Below, one piece after another: positions 17,017-26,500 of a stretch of DNA of 64,000 nt. Source of the DNA: Armatimonadota bacterium (GTDB lineage Bacteria > Sysuimicrobiota > Sysuimicrobiia > Sysuimicrobiales > Kaftiobacteriaceae); the NCBI GenBank assembly GCA_037440005.1, contig JBBIUY010000007.1, positions 26,671 through 90,670 of the forward strand, given 5' to 3'. Under the pieces are notes generated by a model. It did no database searches. It was not told where the DNA came from and saw nothing but the letters and a program-made list of their open reading frames with translations. Within the stretch, counting starts at the first letter, position 1. The number at the start of each line of letters is the position of its first letter. The translations under genes and the position numbers were made by a program.

Positions 17017-17795
17017 GCGGTCGGGTCGTTGTTGTCACCGGCGCCAGCTCCGGCATCGGCGCCGCCGCTGCCCGAGCGTTTGGAGCCCGCGGGGACCGGG
17101 TGGTGCTGGTGGCGCGGCGCGCGGACCGCCTCCGGGAGGTGGCCGCCGCCCTGCCCGACGCCCTGGTGGTCCCGGCGGACCTGACCGATCTGGACGCTCC
17201 CGCCCGGGTGGTGGAGGCGGCCGCGGCCCGCTACGGCCGCATCGACGTCCTGGTCAACAACGCCGGCGTGGGCCGCTACAACTGGGTGGACCTGCTGGAC
17301 CCCCGCGAGGTCCGGGACGAGGTGGCCACCAACCTGATCGCCCCCATCCTGGTGACCCGCGCCGCCGTCCCGGTGATGCGGCGCCCGGGGGGCGTGGTGA
17401 TCAACGTCTCCTCGGTGGCGGGGCTGCTGGCGGTGCCCACTACGTCGGTGTACAACGCCACCAAGTTCGGCCTGCGGGGGCTGACCGAAGCTTTGCGGCG
17501 GGAACTGGCCCCCCAGGGCATCGCGGTGTGCGGCCTGTACCCCAGCACGGTGGAGGGGACCGAGTTCCGGCGGGACCGCCGCCCCGGCACCGGCTACCTG
17601 ATGCCCCGCCGGTTGCGCCTGACCACCGCGCAGGTGGCGCGGGCGATCGTGGACCTGGCCGACCGCCCGCGGCGGATGGTGGTGATGCCGCGCATCTTCT
17701 GGGTGGCGGTGGTCCTTAACGCCCTGGCGCCCGGCCTGCTGGACCGGCTGGCGGCCCGGGCGGTGCGCCGGCTGAGGCCCGAGGCGTGCGCGTAA
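17013..17795 (+). CDS. short-chain dehydrogenase/reductase (SDR)
   Basis: 'VVVTGASSGIGAA', 'NNAG', 'SSVAG...YNATK'. The GTG start overlaps the aminotransferase stop (GTGA). Confidence 0.85.
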   Translation: MSGRVVVVTGASSGIGAAAARAFGARGDRVVLVARRADRLREVAAALPDALVVPADLTDLDAPARVVEAAAARYGRIDVLVNNAGVGRYNWVDLLDPREVRDEVATNLIAPILVTRAAVPVMRRPGGVVINVSSVAGLLAVPTTSVYNATKFGLRGLTEALRRELAPQGIAVCGLYPSTVEGTEFRRDRRPGTGYLMPRRLRLTTAQVARAIVDLADRPRRMVVMPRIFWVAVVLNALAPGLLDRLAARAVRRLRPEACA

Positions 17796-17825
17796 ACCCT
17801 GGAGACGCTTCCGACCCGCGCCGGA

Positions 17826-19538
17826 TCAGGGCGGCGGGCCGCCGGGACGCGGTGCTCCCGCCCTCCGACGGGCCAGGCGGACGGCGCCGTAGCCCGCCAG
17901 GGCCGGCAGCGGCGCCGCCGGTCCCAGGAGGCCCACCGGGACCAGCTGGAGCAGGTCGAGGTAGTACTTGAACCCCAGCCGCAGGTCGGGCAGGTACCAG
18001 GGGAACCGCACGCCCCACAGCCACACGAAGTACGCCACCTGCGCCGCCAGGGCGGCGGCCGTCAGGGCGGCGGCGTCCAGGCCCGCCCGCGCCGCCCGTC
18101 CGGCGGGTCCGCGGCTGCAGATCCCCGCCGTCACCGCCGCCGCGGCCAGGCCGACGACCGCGTCCACGGTGCGGGCGGCGAAAAAGGCCAGGATCTGGCC
18201 TTCGGTGTTGAACACGCTCAGCGACCACCTGAACCCCCGGCCGAAGAACAGCCCCAGGACCACCAGGAAGTAGACGGCCGCGCCCGCGGCGGCCGCGGCC
18301 AGGGTGCGGCGGCGGAAGGCCCACAGGGCATAGAGACCTCCGACGAGCAGGGTCCCGGCCACCAGGGGGAGGCGGCGCGCCCGCTCGGCGGCCAGGCGCC
18401 CGCGGGCCACGTCCTGCGCATGCGCCCACAGGGCGCGCTGGACCGCCGGCACGTCCTGCGGGTCCGGCTGCGCGTCCGCGGCAGGCCCCGGACCGGCGCC
18501 CAGCCGGCGGGCGTACAGGTCCGCCAGCGCCTTCTGCTGCGCCGCCCACCCCCGCACGGCGGGCCGGAGGTCCCCGTCCAGAGCCTCGACCAGCGGCCGG
18601 CCCGCGCTGTGGGCGGGGACGGGGATGCCCAGCAGGGCGGCGACCGTGGGTGCGATGTCCACCTGGCTGACCTCGGGCCCCGTGGTGCCCGGGCGGATCC
18701 CCTGGCCGGCCAGGACCAGGGGGACCTTCCTGACCTCCGGCTCCCACCCTCCGTGTCCCCCGCGGTCGGTGTGTCCGTGGTCGGCGGTGACGATCAGGAC
18801 GTCGCCCGGCCCCAAGGCCCGCGCCAGCGCGCCCAGGTGTTCGTCCACCCTCCGGACCGCCTCGGCGTACACCGGGCTGGCGGCGCCGAAGCTGTGGCCG
18901 GCCACGTCCGGGCCGGGAAAGTGCACCACGACCAGGCGCGCGGACGTGGCCAGGAGGCCGAGCGCCGCAGAGGCCACCGCCCCATCGGATCGATACAGCC
19001 CTTCGGTGTCTCCGTAGTCGGGGTCGGGGACCTCGCGCACCTCGTCCACCCAGGGGCCGAAGAGCTGGCTCCATCCGGGAGTGCCGGCCACCGCCGTCCG
19101 CACGCCCGAGCGGCGGGCTGAGGCGAACAGGCTGTCCACCCGGACCGGTCCCCGGTACCAGTTCGTGGTGACGCCGCTGACCGCCTGGGGAGCGCCGGTG
19201 AGGATGGCGGTCCACCCGGGAAGGGAGAGGGACGGCTCCCCCGTCCACGCCACGAAGCCGGCGCCGCGGGACCGCAGGGCATTCAGAGCAGGCATCCGTC
19301 TGGACGCGTCGTCCCGCAGGCCGTCCACCACCACCACGACAGCCCGGCGAACGAGCGGCGGGCCGGCCGGCGCGGAGGGGAGGGGGATGGCAAACGGGGT
19401 CGGGTAGGAGACGACGGCGGTCCAGCCGACTTCGGCCAGCCGTCGGGCGGCGTACCCGCTCGCAACCAGGAAGACGGCCACCGCCACGGCCGCCAGGGCC
19501 TGGCTCGGGTTGCGGAACGCGCGACGGCGAGGTTCCAC
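17826..19538 (-). CDS. membrane-bound alkaline-phosphatase-superfamily (type I phosphodiesterase/nucleotide pyrophosphatase-like) protein
   Basis: N-terminal TM. 'VVVVDGLRDD', 'SLPGWTAILTG', 'VVHFPGPDVAGH' and 'IVTADHGH'. C-terminal polytopic region. GTG start at 19538 is inferred. Confidence 0.7.
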   Translation of the reverse strand: MEPRRRAFRNPSQALAAVAVAVFLVASGYAARRLAEVGWTAVVSYPTPFAIPLPSAPAGPPLVRRAVVVVVDGLRDDASRRMPALNALRSRGAGFVAWTGEPSLSLPGWTAILTGAPQAVSGVTTNWYRGPVRVDSLFASARRSGVRTAVAGTPGWSQLFGPWVDEVREVPDPDYGDTEGLYRSDGAVASAALGLLATSARLVVVHFPGPDVAGHSFGAASPVYAEAVRRVDEHLGALARALGPGDVLIVTADHGHTDRGGHGGWEPEVRKVPLVLAGQGIRPGTTGPEVSQVDIAPTVAALLGIPVPAHSAGRPLVEALDGDLRPAVRGWAAQQKALADLYARRLGAGPGPAADAQPDPQDVPAVQRALWAHAQDVARGRLAAERARRLPLVAGTLLVGGLYALWAFRRRTLAAAAAGAAVYFLVVLGLFFGRGFRWSLSVFNTEGQILAFFAARTVDAVVGLAAAAVTAGICSRGPAGRAARAGLDAAALTAAALAAQVAYFVWLWGVRFPWYLPDLRLGFKYYLDLLQLVPVGLLGPAAPLPALAGYGAVRLARRRAGAPRPGGPPP

Positions 19539-19564
19539 CGGCCGCTTCTCTGTTCTCCGCCCGC

Positions 19565-20785
19565 CTAGCCGGGCCGGGCGGCCGCCGGCATCACATCCCT
19601 CCAGGTGGCGACCACCGCCTCCGCCACCTGGTCCACCTCCGCCTCGGTGTGCGCGGCGGTGACGGTGACGCGCAGGCGGCTGGTCCGGGGCGGCACGGCC
19701 GGGGTGACGATGGGCGGGACGAACACCCCCCGGTCGAACAGACGGCGGGCCATCCGCAGCGCCGCCTCGTCGGACCCGGTGATCACGGGCACGATGGGGG
19801 TGGGGTCGTCCCGCACCTCCAGGCCCCCCGCCCGCAGGGCCGCGCGCAGCCGGCGGGCGTGGGACTGCAGGCGCGCGACCCGCTGGGGTTCCGCTTCGAT
19901 CACGTCCAGAGCCGCCAGGGATGCCGCCGCGCTGGGCGGAGGCAGCGCCGCCGAGAACACGAACGCCCGGGAGGCGTGCTTGAGCAGGGCCACCAGATCG
20001 GCCCGCCCGGCGATGAACCCGCCCACCGAGGGGATGCTCTTGGACAGCGAGCTCATGACGATGTCCACCGCCCCGGCCAGGCCGAAGTGACTCTGGATGC
20101 CCCGGCCGTCCCGTCCGAGCACGCCCAGGGAGTGGGACTCGTCCACCATCAGCCACGCCCCGCGCCGCCGGCACACGTCCACCAGGGCCGGCAGGTCGGC
20201 GACGTCGCCGTCCATGCTGAACACCGCGTCCACCACCACCAGCGTCCCCGCCCCCGGCGGCGCCTCCCGGAGCGCCCGGTCCACGGCGGCCACGTTGTTA
20301 TGGGGGACCCGCACCAGCCGCGCTCCCGACAGCAGGCAGCCGTCGATGATGCTGGCGTGGTCCAGCTTGTCGGCCACCACCACGTCGCCCCGGCCCACCA
20401 GGGTGGAGATGCAGGCCACGTTGGCCACGTAGCCGCTGCTGTAGGCGACGGCGGCATCGGCGCCCACGAAGGCCGCGATCCGCCTCTCCAGGCGGTCGTG
20501 CAGGTCGGTGTTGCCCGCCAGCAGCCGCACCCCGTGGGTGCCGGGGCCGTACCGTTCGGCCGCCTCCCGCACGGCGGCCTGGATGGCCGGATGTCCCAGC
20601 AGGCCCAGGTAGGAGTACGACGAGCCCAGCAGCACCCGCCGGCCGCCGATGGTCACGTGGGCGCCGTCCACGGCCTCCACCGGCTGCAGGTACAGGTACA
20701 GGTCGCGTTCCTGCACGCGCCGCACGCGCTCGGCAAACTCGCGGACGCGGCGGGTGATGGGGTTGGCCTCCACGGGCTGCGGCAT
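19565..20785 (-). CDS. alpha-oxoamine synthase family PLP enzyme (BioF/KBL/SPT-like)
   Basis: 'SSYSYLGL', 'SGYVANV', 'VDESHSLGVLG' and the PLP-Lys context 'SSLSKSIPSVGGFIAG'. Only the C-terminal 406 codons of the 1102-aa track ORF look real. Confidence 0.8.
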   Translation of the reverse strand: MPQPVEANPITRRVREFAERVRRVQERDLYLYLQPVEAVDGAHVTIGGRRVLLGSSYSYLGLLGHPAIQAAVREAAERYGPGTHGVRLLAGNTDLHDRLERRIAAFVGADAAVAYSSGYVANVACISTLVGRGDVVVADKLDHASIIDGCLLSGARLVRVPHNNVAAVDRALREAPPGAGTLVVVDAVFSMDGDVADLPALVDVCRRRGAWLMVDESHSLGVLGRDGRGIQSHFGLAGAVDIVMSSLSKSIPSVGGFIAGRADLVALLKHASRAFVFSAALPPPSAAASLAALDVIEAEPQRVARLQSHARRLRAALRAGGLEVRDDPTPIVPVITGSDEAALRMARRLFDRGVFVPPIVTPAVPPRTSRLRVTVTAAHTEAEVDQVAEAVVATWRDVMPAAARPG

Positions 20786-21019
20786 GGGCCTTGGCAAGCC
20801 CGTTCGCCGGGGCCGGTCGGGAAGCCTGCCGGTCCCGTCTTCCGGCCCGGCGGGGATGGGCATACTGACAGGGAGACCGCCGTGTGAGGGGTACCGATTC
20901 TCCGCAAGCTGCTCCAGGCTCAGCGCGCCGCGTCGGCGGCGGACCTGAACGGGACCATCGAGGGCCGGATCGGCCTGGTCACCGGCTCCGGTACGATCCT
21001 CCCCTGCGCCCGTGCGCCG

Positions 21020-21376
21020 GTGTACCTGCTGGTCAAGCCCCTCGACATGGACGAGGTCAGGCAGAAGGCCGCCCGGGACGGCGTGTTCAACCCCCTGCTG
21101 GCCCACATGTTCGTAGAGTACGTCGTCTCCAGCCCCGAGGTGCAGAGGCGGCTGGCCTACGCGCGCACCACGACCGACGCCCGGGGGCGTTTTGTCTTCT
21201 CCAACCTGCCCGGCGACCGGTGGTACTACGTGGTGGCCCAGGCCCTCACGGGCAAGGCCCTGGCCAGCTGGCAGGTGGCCGTGTACCTGTACCCCAGAGA
21301 GCGGGTGCAGATCTTTCTCCACAACGCCAACGCCGCCCTGCCCGTCTACGTACCCTCCGGCGGTCCGTCCGCCTAG
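21020..21376 (+). CDS. small protein with a carboxypeptidase-regulatory-like (Ig-like beta-sandwich) signature
   Basis: 'TDARGRFVFSNLPGDRWYYVVA'. The frame is open from 20888 and upstream residues ('DLNGTIEGRIGLVTGSG') also look coding, but no ATG/GTG/TTG occurs before 21020. Confidence 0.5.
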   Translation: MYLLVKPLDMDEVRQKAARDGVFNPLLAHMFVEYVVSSPEVQRRLAYARTTTDARGRFVFSNLPGDRWYYVVAQALTGKALASWQVAVYLYPRERVQIFLHNANAALPVYVPSGGPSA

Positions 21377-21385
21377 GCTCCCGGG

Positions 21386-23068
21386 GTGCCGGCGCCCCTC
21401 CCGGTACCCCCGGCGGGAGCGGGCCGCTATGATGGGGACGTGGGCGCCCCAGGCGCGCGCTACGACGTCATCGTGGTGGGGGCGGGTCACAACGGGCTGG
21501 TGACGGCCGCGTACCTGGCCCGGGCCGGGCTGCGGGTGCTGGTGCTGGAGAGGCGGCCGCGGGTGGGGGGCGCCTGCGTCACCGAGGAGGTGTGGCCGGG
21601 CTATCGGGTCAACACCGCCGCCTACCTGTGCGGCCTCCTGCAGCCGCGGATCGTGGCCGAATTGGACCTGCCGCGCTACGGCTACGAGATCCTCCCCAAA
21701 GACCCGGCGTTCTTCAGCCCCTTCCCCGACGGGACCCGCCTGTTTGTCTGGCGCGACGAGCGCCGCACCTCCGACGAGATCGCCCGGTTTTCGGTCCGCG
21801 ACGCCCGGACCTACCCCGCCTACGAGGCCTTCCTGGCCCGGGTGGCCGACCGCATCGAGGCCTGGCTGCTGACCACCCCGCCCGACATCCTGCGCCGCCG
21901 CTGGCAGGATCTGGCGGGGGCGGGCCGGCTGGCGCTGGATCTGCTGCGCCTGCCCCCCGCCGACCTGGCCCGGGCGCTGCAGATGCTGACCCAGAGCGCC
22001 CGGGACTTCCTGGACGCCTGGTTCGAGTCCCCCCAGCTGAAGGCGTCCCTGGCCACCGACGGCGTCATCGGCGCCCGGGGCGGGCCGTCCACCCCCGGGA
22101 CGGCCTACGTCCTGTTCCACCACTGCATGGGTCGCGCGGCCGGCAAGAGGGGGTTGTGGGGGTTTGTCCGGGGCGGGATGGGGCAGATCAGCGAGGCGCT
22201 GGCGGCCTGCTGCCGCCGCCACGGCGCCCAGATCCGCACCGACGCCGAGGTGGCGCAGATCCTGGTGGCGGACGGACGCGTCCGGGGGGTGGTGCTGGCC
22301 GACGGGACCGAGCTGCTCTCTCCGGTGGTGGCGAGCAACGCGGACCCCAAACGCACCTTCCTGCGCCTGGTGCCGGCGGACGCGCTGGATCCGGAGTTCC
22401 GTCGCGAGGTGGAGCGGATCCGCACCGACGGCGTGGCCATGAAGATCAACCTGGCCACCGACGGGCTGCCCGTCTTCCCGGCGGCTCCGGGCGGCGGGCG
22501 GGCCGGACCGGGCCCGGAGCACCGGGCCACCATCCACATCGGCCCCACCATGGAGTACATCGACCGGGCGTGGGAGGACGCCAGGGAGGGTCGCCCCTCG
22601 CGGGAACCGTTTGCGGAGATCACCATCCCGACGGTCTACGACCCGACCCTGGCGCCGCCAGGCCGGCACGTCATCTCCATCTTCGTTCAGTACACCCCCT
22701 ACCGGCTGGCCGAGGGGTCCTGGGATGACCTCAAAGAGCGCTACGCCGACCGGGTGCTGGAGGTGGTCGCCCGGTACGCTCCCAACATCGCGGACATCGT
22801 CGTCCACCGGCAGGTCCTCAGCCCCCTGGACCTGGAGCGCGACTTCGGCCTCAGCGGCGGGGACATCTTCCACGGGGAGATGACTCCCGACAGGCTGTTC
22901 TTCTTCCGACCCCTACCGGGCTGGGCCCAGTACCGCACCCCGGTGCGGGGGCTGTACCTGTGCGGGTCGGGCGCGCACCCCGGGGGCGGAGTGATGGGCG
23001 CGCCGGGCTACAACGCCGCCCGGGAGATCCTGCGGGACTGGAGGCGGCTGAGCCAGGCCGGAGGATGA
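21386..23068 (+). CDS. FAD-dependent oxidoreductase, phytoene-desaturase (CrtI)-like family
   Basis: 'YDVIVVGAGHNGLVTAAYLARAGLRVLVLERR..VGGA' Rossmann motif. Length and C-terminal 'LYLCGSGAHPGGGV' are typical. The start may instead be the GTG at 21440. Confidence 0.8.
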   Translation: MPAPLPVPPAGAGRYDGDVGAPGARYDVIVVGAGHNGLVTAAYLARAGLRVLVLERRPRVGGACVTEEVWPGYRVNTAAYLCGLLQPRIVAELDLPRYGYEILPKDPAFFSPFPDGTRLFVWRDERRTSDEIARFSVRDARTYPAYEAFLARVADRIEAWLLTTPPDILRRRWQDLAGAGRLALDLLRLPPADLARALQMLTQSARDFLDAWFESPQLKASLATDGVIGARGGPSTPGTAYVLFHHCMGRAAGKRGLWGFVRGGMGQISEALAACCRRHGAQIRTDAEVAQILVADGRVRGVVLADGTELLSPVVASNADPKRTFLRLVPADALDPEFRREVERIRTDGVAMKINLATDGLPVFPAAPGGGRAGPGPEHRATIHIGPTMEYIDRAWEDAREGRPSREPFAEITIPTVYDPTLAPPGRHVISIFVQYTPYRLAEGSWDDLKERYADRVLEVVARYAPNIADIVVHRQVLSPLDLERDFGLSGGDIFHGEMTPDRLFFFRPLPGWAQYRTPVRGLYLCGSGAHPGGGVMGAPGYNAAREILRDWRRLSQAGG

Positions 23069-23526
23069 AGATCTACCTCGTCCACCACGGGGAGGCCGTC
23101 CCCGACGAGCAGGATCCCCGGCGCCCCCTCACCGCCCGGGGGCGGGCCGACGCGGCCGCGGTGGCGTGCTGGGCCGTGGAGAGAGCCGGTGCCCGGGTGG
23201 GCTGCGTCCGGCACAGCGAGAAGCTGCGGGCGGCGCAGACGGCGCAGGCGTGGCGGGAGGTCCTCCCGTCCGCGCAGCTGATCCCCGACCCGCGCCTGAA
23301 TCCGTCGGCCGATCCTGCGGCGCTGGCCGCAGACCTGGCGGGCGAGGAGCAGGATCTGGTGCTGGTGGGTCACCAGCCGTTTTTGGGCCGCCTGGCGGCC
23401 GTGCTGGTGTGCGGGGATGTGGACCGGCCTGTCCTGGCGCTGCCCGCCGCCGGAGCGGCCTGCCTGGAGCGCGGGCCGCACGGAGGCTGGTCCGTCCGCT
23501 GGGTGGTCGGGCCCGACCTGCTGTAG
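23065..23526 (+). CDS. sixA: phosphohistidine phosphatase SixA
   Basis: 'MKIYLVHHGEAV' (RHG-type motif), 'RHSEKLRAAQTA' and 'LVGHQPFLG'. ATGA overlap with the upstream gene. Confidence 0.75.
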   Translation: MKIYLVHHGEAVPDEQDPRRPLTARGRADAAAVACWAVERAGARVGCVRHSEKLRAAQTAQAWREVLPSAQLIPDPRLNPSADPAALAADLAGEEQDLVLVGHQPFLGRLAAVLVCGDVDRPVLALPAAGAACLERGPHGGWSVRWVVGPDLL

Positions 23527-23563
23527 ACCGCCAGGGGTTCCACGCGCCCCCGGCCCTCGTCTG

Positions 23564-26500
23564 CTACGCTGTCAGCGCCCCGGCGGCGCGGACGAAGTTC
23601 GATGCACCCATTCGGGCAAACAGGTCCCGCGCGCGTCCCGCCGCCTCCCGGGCCTCCGCCGGACGGCTGAGGGCTTGGAGGGCCTCCCCGTACTTCAGCA
23701 GCGCCAGGGCCAGGTCGAACCGGTACTCCTGGCCGGGCCGGTCCAGTATCCGCAACGCGTGCCCGAACAGCGCCAGTGCCTCCTCGGTCCGTCCCTGGGC
23801 GGCGCGGATCCGGCCCAGCGTCGCCCGGTGGGTGGCGTGGGGGACCTCGTCGGCGGGGTCCAACCCTTCCAGAGACCGCTCCCCGAACTCGGCAGCCGCC
23901 GTCAGGTCTCCCCGGGCCAGGTGCCACTCGGCCAGAGCCCGCAGCACGGACGGGGAGTCCGCCGGGCCTCCGTGCTCGCTCAGCAGCGCCCGGGCCGACG
24001 CGATCTCGCGCCCGGCCTCGTCCACCCGTCCCCGGCGCAGCAGGTGCATTGCCAGGTGGCGGCGGGTGTACGCTTCCGCGTCCCGGCTGCCGACCTCGCG
24101 CCAGATGGCCGCCGCCTCCAGGAAATACCGGACGCATTCGCCCGACTGCCCGGCCAGGTGCTCCACGATCCCCAGCCCCACCAGGGCGCGGGCCTCGCTG
24201 GGCCGTTCCCGGTGGGCTCTGGCCAGGCTCAGGGCGTCGGCGAGGGTCTTGCGGGCGCGGGCGATCTCTCCCGCGTCCAGGATCGCCCGGCCCAGAAACG
24301 CGGTCGCGCGGGCCTGGCCTTTGCCGTCGCCCAGGGCCCGGTAAAGTTCCAGGGCGGTGCGGTAGGCCAGCCGGGCCTTGCTCAGCCGTCCCCGCAGGGA
24401 GTGGGTGATGATCCCCAGCAGCTCGCCCGCCTCCGCCTCGCCCTGCCGGTCGCCCAGGCGGCGGAAGGCGATCCGGGCTCGCCGGAGCGCGCCCTCGGCC
24501 GCCTGCAGGTTGGCCCGGTCGTATTCGGCGAAGGCGCGGTTCAGCCAGGCCCGGGCCCGCAGGTCCGGCCGCCCCAGGGCACCGGCCACCTCCAGCACCC
24601 GCTGCGTGCTCTCCAGCACCTGGTCCGGGACCGCCATCCAGCGGATGATGTCGGAGTAGTCGGTGAGCAGCTCGGCGTGCAGGGACGGGTCCGAGTCCAG
24701 CCCCGCCGCCCGCAGGATGCTGAGGGCGCGCTCGTACTGACGGCGGGCTTCCGGCAGGGCGCCGAGGACGGCGGCACGCCCGGCGGCGCTGCGGAGGGCG
24801 TCCACGGCTGCCCGGGCCAGGTCTCCCGCCGGCACCCCGGCGTCCACCGCGTACCGCCAGGCCTGCTCCCGGTGGTGGGCCAGCACGTCCAGGCCCTCCT
24901 CGCCGTGGGCCGCGGCCGTCCGGTGCAGCCACCGGGCCAGCCGGTGGTGGCGCTCGCTGCGGACGGCCTTGGGGATGGTGCCGTAGGCCACCTCCCGGAT
25001 GAGAGCGTGGGCGAAGGCGAACTCCCGCTCCCCCGCCAGGGCCGAGGTGGGACGTTCGACGACGAGTTCCCGTTCGACCAGACGCTGCAGGGCGGCGGCC
25101 ACTTCCTCCTCCCTCACGTCGTCGACGGCGGCGATCGCTCCCGGCCAGAAGATCCGTCCCACCACCGAGGCGTCCTGGAGGACGCGCTTGTCCAGAAGGT
25201 GCAGCAGGTCCAGCCGGGACAGGATCAGGCCGTGGACGGTGTCGGGGATCCGGATGTCCAGGGACGAGGACGCCCACCGCCACCGGCCTCCCTCCTGCAC
25301 CAGCCGGCCCTCGTCCGCCAGCATGAGCAGGATCTCCCCCAGAAAGAACGGGTTGCCTTCGGCCCGGGCCAGAATGGCCTGCTGCACCTCGGCGGGCAGG
25401 GCCGGCTCGCCCAGCGCCGCCTCGATCAGGCGGGTCGCCTCCGGCGCCGACAGGGGAGCCAGGGAAACCGTCGTGTGGTCCCGCACGCCCAGGCCCCAGG
25501 CGGGATGGCGGTCCCGCAGTTCGGGCCGGGCCAGGCAGATGATCATCAGCGCGGCGTCGCCGCTGCGCGCCGCCAGGCGCTCCAGCAGTTCCAGCAGGCT
25601 GGGCTCCGCCCAGTGGGCGTCCTCCACCACCAGCACCACCGGGGCCGTGCGGGCCAGGGACGCGGCAAAGGCCCCGAAGGCGTGGACCACCGCCTCACCG
25701 CCGGGAGGCGGAGCGTCCGATCCAGGGGCGCGTCCGCGGGACGCCCGGGCGTCCAGGGCGGGCGTCGGCCCGCGCAGCCGGTCCGGCTGGCCGGCCACGG
25801 CCGCGGGCCGGCCGTCTCCCGCCAGCGCCGCCAGCACCCCGGCCGCGGTCTGGGCGTCGTCGGGGCCCAGGACCGGCTCGCACACCCGCGCGATCTCCCT
25901 CGCTAGCCGGGCGGCCGCGTCGGGGTCGTTGTCCTGCACCCCGCAGCGTTCTTTGAGCATCTCCACCAGAGGCCGGTAGGTCAGCCCCTCGCCGTAGGCC
26001 GCGCAGCGGCCCCGCAGGACGTGGGGCGCCCCGGGGAGCGTCCGCACCTCCAGCAAAAACTCCTCCACCAGGCGGGTCTTGCCGATGCCGGCGGGTCCGA
26101 CGATGGTCACCAGGTGGCCGTGGGATCCGTCGCGGACGCGCCGGAACAGGGCCCGCAGCACGTCCAGCTCCTCCCTGCGGCCCACCAGGGCGGCCTGCAG
26201 CCTCCGGACCGGCGGCCGGTCCGGCAGGCCCGTCACCAGCCACACCCGGCGTTCCCCAAACTCCGCCGGCCCCTCGGGCAGGACCTCGCAGGTCGCCCGG
26301 CCGCGCAGCGCCTCCCGGGTGCGATCGTCGATCACGGTCCCGCCGGGCGGGGCCGCAGCCTGCATCCGCGCCGCGAAGGCGACCACGTCCCCGGTCGCCA
26401 TGAACTGGCCCCCCGCGGCGGCCCGGAGGTCGGCCACCACCTCGCCGGTGGCGATGCCGGTCCGCAGCCGCAGGTCGGCGCCGACGTCGGCGGACAGCGC

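Noticed and set aside
19565-20785. Naming the alpha-oxoamine synthase bioF (8-amino-7-oxononanoate synthase) or kbl.
   Set aside because: No bio or tdh genes are adjacent, and the lysine-region motif is ambiguous. The family-level call is all the sequence supports.
20786-22873. N-terminal ~700 aa of the 1102-aa minus-strand ORF that ends with the alpha-oxoamine synthase.
   Set aside because: Upstream of 'MPQPVEANP' the translation is Gly/Arg/Pro/Asp/His-rich and antisense to the well-supported CrtI-like gene. The AOS domain is complete from the ATG at 20785.
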